Source: an uncultured Sideroxydans sp.
GTDB lineage: Bacteria > Pseudomonadota > Gammaproteobacteria > Burkholderiales > Gallionellaceae
Assembly (NCBI GenBank): GCA_964425955.1
Contig: CAYROQ010000011.1
Coordinates: 1,917-65,916, forward strand
Direction of reading: 5' to 3'
DNA: 64,000 nucleotides
Positions within the stretch are counted from its first letter, which is position 1. Every line of letters starts with the position of its first letter. The notes under the pieces were generated by a model, which was not told where the DNA came from, searched no databases, and saw only the letters and a program-made list of their open reading frames with translations. Below, one piece after another: positions 57,631-64,000 of the stretch. The position numbers were made by a program, and so were the translations under genes.

Positions 57631-59781
57631 TCAGAAATCCCAGCGTACCCCGCCTGAGAAAAAGAAACGTGTCGTCTTGTTCGTTTGTTGCCCACCGCCA
57701 TAATTGGTAATTTCATACCCCACATCGGCATCCAGAGTGATCTGCTCCTTGATCCGATACGCTCCGCGCACCATGGGCGAAAAACGTTTCGTGGTGCCAC
57801 CGAACTGATCCTTCTGGTTATACAACTGCATCGAAGAATCGATTGCCCAGCCCTGCTTAAGCTGGGTGTGGTTGTACAGGAACAGCGAAAGCCCGTTGAC
57901 CGCGCTGCTGGTATTGAGTGTGGTGCTAGCCGACCAAATGTCACCTACCTGCAACAGATTGCTGCCGATCACTTGCCCCGTGATGCTTTTCTCTGTGCCA
58001 CGGCTTGCAGAGGCAGGCAGAACGCCCTCAAGTGCCGTTTCTCCACTGGCACTCAACCCGGTGATGCTGGACAAACGAATATCTCCGCCCACTTGCCATT
58101 TGTCTTTATACGGGAGTGTCACACCCAACTGCCCACTATTGGCAGTGGCTGTACGTGCCAGTGCCAAACTGCGCAGGCTGCTTGCCGAAGTCGCCTGCAA
58201 CAGCGCATTGATGGAAGATGTACCCGCTCCGTTCAGTGCATTGCGGATACTTAATGACGGCGTCTTGCGATGATCGAGCATGAAATTAACCATGGCATTC
58301 GATACATCGACAGTACCCATCACCTGCGCGGCATTCAGTGCTTTGAAATTCGCGTCGTAGTCCACCAAGGCGAAATAGGATTTCTTATCCTGGTAATACC
58401 TCCACTCGGCACCCACCGCGCGACGATCCAACAACCCGTCCACATTCTGATTAATGCCGTAGAAAGACATCGCACCCGCATCGACACTTGCCCCGAAAAA
58501 TGTGGGTTTGCTACCCGTGGAATAATCCGCCAATGTGCCCGCCACACCGTTGAAACGCAAATCCTGCGAGTCACCATAAGAACCGGCCAATCCGTCGAAG
58601 CGACCCATGACACCGCCGCCATAAGCGGACTGCCGCCCCACACGCAACAGGTAACTCTGTTTACGGCTCTTGATTTCGCCGTAGGCAGAACTCACGCGGT
58701 TGATGCTGGACTTATTGGATAACAGATTCAGCGTGTTCACATCCCGGAACACCAGACGACCGTCGTAGTCTTCGCTGAGATAACGCTCGGAAGCATCCAC
58801 GCTGCTGATCAGCATGGACTGATCGGTCATAGAGGTGGAAATGGTCTCGGGCGCATTGTTGAAAGTCTGGGTCGTATCGAACTTGGATCGACCATAGTAG
58901 TAACGCGACGAGATACTGCCGAAAGTCACCAAACGTGCCTTTTGTGTTTTCTCTTTGGTCTCGATGATGCCAACCTCGGTGTCTTTGCCGGACATACTTG
59001 CCAAGCGTTGCGCCACTTGCGCAGCGCCTTCGCCGTCCGGATACAGCCTCAAGTACAGTTCATATTCGACCCGTGCTTTGTCCAGCTGCTTGGCACGTTC
59101 ACGCGCCACCCCCACCCATTCCTGACCGTCTTGTGAAAAATCATTGGGCGGCAACAACAGCAATTTGTTGAACGCATCCACGGCCGCTTCGTTGTTCTTC
59201 GCCACCAAGGCTTCTCGCCCCCGCACCATCAGGGTGCGTGCCTGCGCGTTGATATCCAACATGGCAGCCGCTTCGCTGGTAAGCGATTCCGCAGCTACTG
59301 CGGCGGGTGCCGGTTTGATGGCAGGCAGCAGGGGTAACGGTCCCGTGGCCATCGGTCTTTTCTCGGGCCGGATGGTGACCAATAAACTGCGGTTGTCTTT
59401 GCCAACCGCCACACTGTATTCGGCTTCGCGCGAGAACTGCACGACAAGTTTTGGCTTGGTTTGCTGGTCACGTGTTGTCACGGTAAAGCTCGGAATGAGA
59501 TTGGAAGGAGGTGATTTCCTAACCTCGTTATCCACCCAGTTCTCAGTATTCGTCGCACCCTGTACGCGGTCATAGAAGATTTCCAGCGTCTTGCCGTGGC
59601 TCTCGGGGAAATGGCGCTGATACTGAACCGGTCCGGTCAAACGGATTGTGGCGACGACGCCTTGCTCACGAAACTCAAGACCCACGTCATCCAAAGGCTG
59701 CGCTTCTGCAACGGTGCAACCCATCCACACCCATAAAACCAACAAAAACCGTTTCAATTTTGAAACTTGACCGATAGCCAT
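57631..59781 (-). CDS. Outer-membrane beta-barrel protein with N-terminal AMIN-like and TPR-like modules
   Basis: 716 aa with a signal peptide (LLVLWVWMGCTVAEA). Aa ~30-140 form a beta-rich module (ATIRLTGPVQY...KTLEIFYD...LLVTIRPE) that I call AMIN-like only tentatively. Aa ~170-260 are helical and TPR-like. Aa ~285-716 form Gly/Ser/Tyr-rich strands of alternating polarity ending in GGVRWDF, with the terminal aromatic residue typical of OMPs. Confidence 0.7.
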   Translation of the reverse strand: MAIGQVSKLKRFLLVLWVWMGCTVAEAQPLDDVGLEFREQGVVATIRLTGPVQYQRHFPESHGKTLEIFYDRVQGATNTENWVDNEVRKSPPSNLIPSFTVTTRDQQTKPKLVVQFSREAEYSVAVGKDNRSLLVTIRPEKRPMATGPLPLLPAIKPAPAAVAAESLTSEAAAMLDINAQARTLMVRGREALVAKNNEAAVDAFNKLLLLPPNDFSQDGQEWVGVARERAKQLDKARVEYELYLRLYPDGEGAAQVAQRLASMSGKDTEVGIIETKEKTQKARLVTFGSISSRYYYGRSKFDTTQTFNNAPETISTSMTDQSMLISSVDASERYLSEDYDGRLVFRDVNTLNLLSNKSSINRVSSAYGEIKSRKQSYLLRVGRQSAYGGGVMGRFDGLAGSYGDSQDLRFNGVAGTLADYSTGSKPTFFGASVDAGAMSFYGINQNVDGLLDRRAVGAEWRYYQDKKSYFALVDYDANFKALNAAQVMGTVDVSNAMVNFMLDHRKTPSLSIRNALNGAGTSSINALLQATSASSLRSLALARTATANSGQLGVTLPYKDKWQVGGDIRLSSITGLSASGETALEGVLPASASRGTEKSITGQVIGSNLLQVGDIWSASTTLNTSSAVNGLSLFLYNHTQLKQGWAIDSSMQLYNQKDQFGGTTKRFSPMVRGAYRIKEQITLDADVGYEITNYGGGQQTNKTTRFFFSGGVRWDF

Positions 59782-59871
59782 TCTTTAATCCCCCCACGAT
59801 TCGATGTAACTTCAACAACCAAATAACCAGGCTGCCCTGCCTATAGTTTCGCGACCGTTAGAACAGAATAA

Positions 59872-60942
59872 TTAATTCCACTTAGTGTATGCGGTTCCCT
59901 GATTTCCCAAAGGCCTGTGACACCCGCTTGCGGAACAATCCCCGCCAGGGTTGGCAACCTTATCAGGATTATGCAGGCTATTTAACTTCTGCATTTTTCC
60001 AAGGTAGTTATTTGCCAAGTGACAAGTCGTACAAGTAGAAGATACATAGGTGTGCAAAGTTGCTCCCGTCACCACCGCATTACCAATACCGGAAGTATGA
60101 CAGGCCGTACAACTCGCCGAGGCGTTGTAGGGAATGTGGTTGGCCGGTTTAGCGCCAAGCGCGCCCGCGAATGATATTGTGCTCAGGTGACATTGATTGC
60201 ATTCCATGGGCCAACCTATAAAACTGTTGTGGCTGATTGGCCAACCTTTCGCGACCGATCCATTATGGCAACTCGAACAAGCTCCCCCCGTGTTGTGTTT
60301 AAAACGAGCGGGTAACCAACTGTTAAACCCGTGGCAGGAATCACACTCAAGAGTCCCTTTAAGCGCAGGAGCCGCGTGACTTGCCGGTTTGCGGTTTGAA
60401 ATGGAAACATCCGGGCTGCTGATGTGGCAAGTTGAGCACGTACCTGCCGCTATTTCCGTGTGATTCCAGCTTGCAGGCAACCATGCGGAGGATCGGTGAC
60501 AACTGTCACAAGTTTTGGATGCTTTGTTTCCGGCGGAATGACTGGACGGCTTGCTTCTGGAAAGCCTGCCGTTATGGCAGATTTCACACTTTCCCGGTTG
60601 CGCATTCGCATGGTTAAACCGTGCGCCAATGAAAGTTGCCGTGTTGAAGTGGCAGGTTTCACAGGGTGCATCGGTCACGATATGGGCACTGGATTTTGGT
60701 GTTGCCACAATGCGTTTACCCAATGCGTGGCAACCGTCACACGCTTTCGGTGTGCCTTTGAAAACACCTCCGATGTGGCAGGTTTCGCAAGCGGCTGTGG
60801 CATGACCGCCAGTGAGTGGAAACCCCGTCGACATATGGTTAAAGTCGCGTCCACTCAGTTGAGTTTCGGCCATGACCTGAAGAGAAAATACAGCTAATGC
60901 GATGAAAAACAAGTTGCCCGCAATTCGAACTGGTCGTTTCAT
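59872..60942 (-). CDS. Multihaem cytochrome c (11 CXXCH + 1 CX4CH), secreted
   Basis: 356 aa with a signal peptide (FFIALAVFSLQVMA). The motifs in order are CETCH, CDGCH, CETCH, CEICH, CDSCH, CSTCH, CDSCH, CSSCH, CNQCH, CTACH, CTTCH, followed by CSASGCH. A GGAGG Shine-Dalgarno lies upstream. Confidence 0.9.
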   Translation of the reverse strand: MKRPVRIAGNLFFIALAVFSLQVMAETQLSGRDFNHMSTGFPLTGGHATAACETCHIGGVFKGTPKACDGCHALGKRIVATPKSSAHIVTDAPCETCHFNTATFIGARFNHANAQPGKCEICHNGRLSRSKPSSHSAGNKASKTCDSCHRSSAWLPASWNHTEIAAGTCSTCHISSPDVSISNRKPASHAAPALKGTLECDSCHGFNSWLPARFKHNTGGACSSCHNGSVAKGWPISHNSFIGWPMECNQCHLSTISFAGALGAKPANHIPYNASASCTACHTSGIGNAVVTGATLHTYVSSTCTTCHLANNYLGKMQKLNSLHNPDKVANPGGDCSASGCHRPLGNQGTAYTKWN

Positions 60943-61189
60943 GAACTACCTCCGTCAGTTAAACGATGCCCTGTAATTCAAATTTAAAATCAAATTTTTC
61001 GTCTTGACTTGGAACAACAAAGTTAAGTTCTTGAAGCTCTAACCCGGCGAGAAACATCTGGGCAACCCAATCCAATCCCTGAAGTTGTATACAAATTACC
61101 TCTCGACAATTCAATAATTTCTTTACGACTATGCCCCAAGCGGCGAGCCGCGCATTGATTGAATGCGCGGCTCCAAGTCTATTCATAAC

Positions 61190-62365
61190 CTACCAGCCCC
61201 CATAACTGCCAGAGTTCGAATGTTCGTGACAGCCCGTGCAGTTGTTCCCGCTACTTCCGTCATGCGATTTTCTGGTTTCTTGATTGTTTCCCGTGTAACT
61301 GTTGGGGGTGATATGGCAGGTTGCACAGGTACGCGAAGCAACACTGTTGGCATGCAATACGGTTACATTGACCTTTGCCAATCCAGTATGGCAATTACTG
61401 CAGTTAGCTCCCGGATTGAACGGAATGTGGTTGCTCGGCATAGCACCTAACGCGCCCAAGAATGTCGTTGTTGAAAGGTGGCACTGATTACATTCTATCG
61501 TTGTCACAACGTGACCAGAACTCTTGCCAATGGCTAACGTACCATTGTGGCAACTTGAGCAAACTGCCGTTGTATTGTGGTTGTAGCGGGCAGGCGACCA
61601 TCCGCTGGTAACGTGACAATCTTCACACGGTTTTTGGCCTTTGATCGCGGCGGCTGTGTGGCTCGCGGGTTTGCCCGTCGCTGCACTGCCATTGTGACAA
61701 CTTGAACAGACTGCAGGCTTATTGTGTTTGAAACGAGCCGGTGACCAACCGGTGAAATAATGGCAGTCGTCACATTCGTTGATACCCTTGATCAGTGGTG
61801 CCGCGTGGCTTGCCGGTTTGCTTATTTCACTTTGCCCACCCGGAATGTGGCAGGTCGTACACGTTCCCGGACCGACTCCGTTGTGGTTCCAACTTGCCGG
61901 TAGCCAAGCACTTGAACGATGGCAACTGTCACAGGCTTCCGTCAGTTTCTTGCCGTTGCTATGTGAAGAAGGTTTGGTAATGGAGAGTCTGCCGTTATGG
62001 CAGATGTCGCATTTTCCCGTTTGCGCATTCGCATGGTTAAAACGGGCGCCGTAGAACGTGGCGGTGTTGAAGTGGCAAGTCTCGCACGGCGCATCGGTCA
62101 CGATGTGTGCACTGGATTTGGGCGTCGCCACGATGGCTTTCCCCAACGCATGGCAACCGTCACAGTTTCTGGGTAAACCTTTGAACACACCGCCGATGTG
62201 GCAGGTCTCGCAGGCTGCCGTGGCATGCCCTCCGGAGAGTGGAAAACCCGTGGACATATGATTGAAGTCGCGTCCGGCGAGTTGCGATTCTGCCACGACT
62301 TGAAGTGAAAGTGCGGTTAGCGCGATGGCAATCACGTTGCCCAAAATTCGTCCTAGTCGTTGCAT
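61190..62365 (-). CDS. Multihaem cytochrome c (14 CXXCH), secreted, paralogue of 59872..60942
   Basis: 391 aa with a signal peptide (VIAIALTALSLQVVA). I counted 14 CXXCH motifs by eye. By eye, most of the first ~160 aa are identical to the 356-aa paralogue. A GGAGG Shine-Dalgarno lies upstream. Confidence 0.9.
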   Translation of the reverse strand: MQRLGRILGNVIAIALTALSLQVVAESQLAGRDFNHMSTGFPLSGGHATAACETCHIGGVFKGLPRNCDGCHALGKAIVATPKSSAHIVTDAPCETCHFNTATFYGARFNHANAQTGKCDICHNGRLSITKPSSHSNGKKLTEACDSCHRSSAWLPASWNHNGVGPGTCTTCHIPGGQSEISKPASHAAPLIKGINECDDCHYFTGWSPARFKHNKPAVCSSCHNGSAATGKPASHTAAAIKGQKPCEDCHVTSGWSPARYNHNTTAVCSSCHNGTLAIGKSSGHVVTTIECNQCHLSTTTFLGALGAMPSNHIPFNPGANCSNCHTGLAKVNVTVLHANSVASRTCATCHITPNSYTGNNQETRKSHDGSSGNNCTGCHEHSNSGSYGGW

Positions 62366-62413
62366 GAACCACCTCCGTCAGTTATCGATACCCTGTAATA
62401 CAAGTTTTACAAA

Positions 62414-64000
62414 CTATTTCTTTTTGACCACAACCTTGCCGGTTTCCTTGCCCGCCACCACCACACCCAGCTTTATATCTTTCCAAGTGTTGCCGTCATG
62501 GCAACGGTCGCAGCGGTCACCGAAATTCCCGTTGTGAACGTCATCCCGGTCATGACAACTGCCACAGGAGCTGGACAACACCACTTTCTTATCCATCGGT
62601 TTGCTGTGGCACGAATAACATTTGTTTGCCGATTTCTTGTGTGGTCCGTCCAGTTTGAAATCGGTCTTGTTGTGGTCGAAGTCCCAAGTTTCCCACGAGC
62701 GCGTAGAGTGGCAGACCTGACATTCGGTTCCCAGGCGGCGCTTGTGAACATCGTCTTTTTCATGACAGCCCATACATTCTTTGGGGGCATCCTTGAACAA
62801 AGGCGTCAGGTGACACTTCTTGCAGGCAACCAGAAAGTGCCTTCCCAGTAGCGGGTATTTGGACATGCGCTGATGGTCGAACGTGGTCTTGTTCCAAGAT
62901 TCCGCTCCGTGACAGGTCTCGCATTTTTTGCCTTCCTGTCCTTTATGCTTGTCGTCTTTCTCGTGACAGGAGAAACAATCCATCGGCAACTTGTCTTTGA
63001 CCAGATCACCCTTATGGCAGGCGGTACATTTCAGCGGCGCGGGTGATTTGTGCTTGCCGAGTAACGGGAATTTGGTCTTCTTATCGTGATCGAAGACCGA
63101 CTTCTTCCAATCATTTTCGTCGTGACACGTCTCGCATTTGGTGCCGAATTTGCCCTTGTGCGACTTGTCGTCGTCTTTCTTGTGGCAAGCGATACACGTC
63201 ATTTCGAGCTTGTCTTTATACAAGTCTCCTTTGTGGCAGCTGGTGCATTTCAGCGGCGCGCGGTGTTTTCCCAGCAGCGGGAATTTGGTTTTTTTCTCAT
63301 GATCGAAGGTGATCTCTTTCCAATCTTTTTCGGTATGGCAGGTCTCGCACTTCGGCCCAAATTTCCCCTTATGAGCCTTGTCGTCATCTTTCTTGTGGCA
63401 GGCATTACACAGCTTGGGGGTGCCTTTATATTTTTTGTCGATATGGCATTTATCGCACTTCACTTCTTCATGCTTGCCCAATAACTTGAACTCGGTCTTG
63501 TCGTGATCGAACTTGGTCGTTTTCCAGTCTTTTTCACTATGGCACTTGGCGCAGTCTGTACCCAGCTTGCCCTTGTGAGCCTTGACGTCATCTTGCTTGT
63601 GACACGCGACACAGGTCTTCGGGGTATCTTTGTATTTGTGCTCGATGTGGCATTTGACGCACTTCACATCGACGTGTTTGCCCAGCAATTTGAAATGGGT
63701 CTTGTCGTGGTCGAACTCGGTGGTCTTCCAGTCTTTGTCGATATGGCACTTGGCACAATCCGTCCCCAGACCGCCTTTGTGTTTGTCGTCTTTTTTGTGA
63801 CAGTCGTTGCAGTAGGTCGGTGCCTGGCTGAATTTCTTGTCCGGTTTGTGGCAGCTGGTGCATTTCACCTTTTCGCCCAGGTGAGCGCCCTTAAGGACAA
63901 AGTCGGTTTGTTTGTGATCGAACTTGGCGTGATCGAATTCCGCAATCTTGGCATCACGGCCTTTGTGTTCGGTGTGACATTCCTTGCATTCTTTTGCTGC
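62414..64000 (-). CDS. Large multihaem cytochrome c built from tandem trihaem (c7/c3-like) modules, 5' end outside window
   Basis: The frame stays open to the window edge. My own translation upstream of the ORF-track GTG reads AAKECKECHTEHKGRDAKIAEFDHAKFDHKQTDFVLKGAHLGEKV. There are 21 CXXCH motifs in the 484 tracked residues plus at least 1 upstream. The recurring unit is CxxCH..DWK...FDHDKT.F.LLGKH...C.KCH...YK..PK.C..CHKKDD..HKGK.G. Confidence 0.9.
   Translation of the reverse strand, partial: AAKECKECHTEHKGRDAKIAEFDHAKFDHKQTDFVLKGAHLGEKVKCTSCHKPDKKFSQAPTYCNDCHKKDDKHKGGLGTDCAKCHIDKDWKTTEFDHDKTHFKLLGKHVDVKCVKCHIEHKYKDTPKTCVACHKQDDVKAHKGKLGTDCAKCHSEKDWKTTKFDHDKTEFKLLGKHEEVKCDKCHIDKKYKGTPKLCNACHKKDDDKAHKGKFGPKCETCHTEKDWKEITFDHEKKTKFPLLGKHRAPLKCTSCHKGDLYKDKLEMTCIACHKKDDDKSHKGKFGTKCETCHDENDWKKSVFDHDKKTKFPLLGKHKSPAPLKCTACHKGDLVKDKLPMDCFSCHEKDDKHKGQEGKKCETCHGAESWNKTTFDHQRMSKYPLLGRHFLVACKKCHLTPLFKDAPKECMGCHEKDDVHKRRLGTECQVCHSTRSWETWDFDHNKTDFKLDGPHKKSANKCYSCHSKPMDKKVVLSSSCGSCHDRDDVHNGNFGDRCDRCHDGNTWKDIKLGVVVAGKETGKVVVKKK

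Noticed and set aside
60959-61186. A 75-aa ORF in the 247-nt spacer between the two paralogous cytochrome genes.
   Set aside because: It has no Shine-Dalgarno sequence and an odd composition. Its 3' part overlaps the duplicated 5' leader of the downstream cytochrome gene, so it is more likely non-coding spacer left by the tandem duplication.
62414-64000. Periodic ~190-nt repeats that could superficially suggest a repeat array or CRISPR-like structure.
   Set aside because: The periodicity is in-frame protein-coding (trihaem modules). The units are diverged at DNA level, and there is no short direct repeat/spacer organisation. I saw no CRISPR array anywhere in the window.
1-64000. A search for tRNA, rRNA, tmRNA, prophage, toxin-antitoxin or defence-system genes.
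   Set aside because: The intergenic regions are short. The longest are 515, 306, 247 and 175 nt, and none shows a T-loop GGTTCGAAT-type box or a cloverleaf. No ORF shows nuclease, methylase, integrase or phage-structural motifs. This was a by-eye search only, so tRNAscan/Infernal/PADLOC-type tools should confirm the negative.

Overview
This 64-kb window comes from a motile proteobacterial chromosome that carries flhDC. It is probably betaproteobacterial. A Gallionellaceae/Nitrosomonadales-like Fe-oxidiser is only a guess, based on gene content. All calls rest on reading the ORF translations and the DNA by eye, because no BLAST or HMM search was possible. Layout: (i) 1-10.7 kb holds housekeeping genes on mixed strands (coaBC 3' end, dut, rppH, proS, leuA and small envelope/redox genes). 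(ii) 11.2-39.0 kb is one very large minus-strand flagellar/chemotaxis supercluster, in transcription order: flhDC, motAB, three MCPs (two with a periplasmic CxxCH haem-c motif), two cheV, cheY-cheZ-cheA, a sensor-less short MCP, cheY-cheA-cheW, two large PAS/HAMP MCPs that share a 755-bp identical block, cheR-cheD-cheB, then a STAS protein and a REC-PP2C-kinase protein (an HsbA/HsbR-like partner switch). (iii) 39.3-41.5 kb holds a GT-C/TPR membrane protein and a Ser/Thr-rich type IV pilin with a sigma54-like promoter. (iv) 41.7-54.1 kb is a tightly packed 8-gene signalling operon: CHASE2-Ser/Thr kinase, PP2C, FHA, CHASE2-adenylate cyclase, class-II-like cNMP phosphodiesterase, cNMP-binding/rhodanese protein, GAF-fused GspE/PilB-type ATPase, GAF-HD-GYP. 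(v) 54.2-57.5 kb holds usp, terC and sucDC. (vi) 57.6-64.0 kb holds an outer-membrane barrel gene preceded by three multihaem cytochrome c genes (11+1, 14 and at least 22 haem motifs; the last is cut by the window edge). The two best candidates for something poorly described are this barrel/multihaem-cytochrome cluster and the 8-gene signalling operon with its orphan secretion-type ATPase. The haem-c chemoreceptors are a third. I recognised no rRNA, tRNA, CRISPR array, transposase or integrase.
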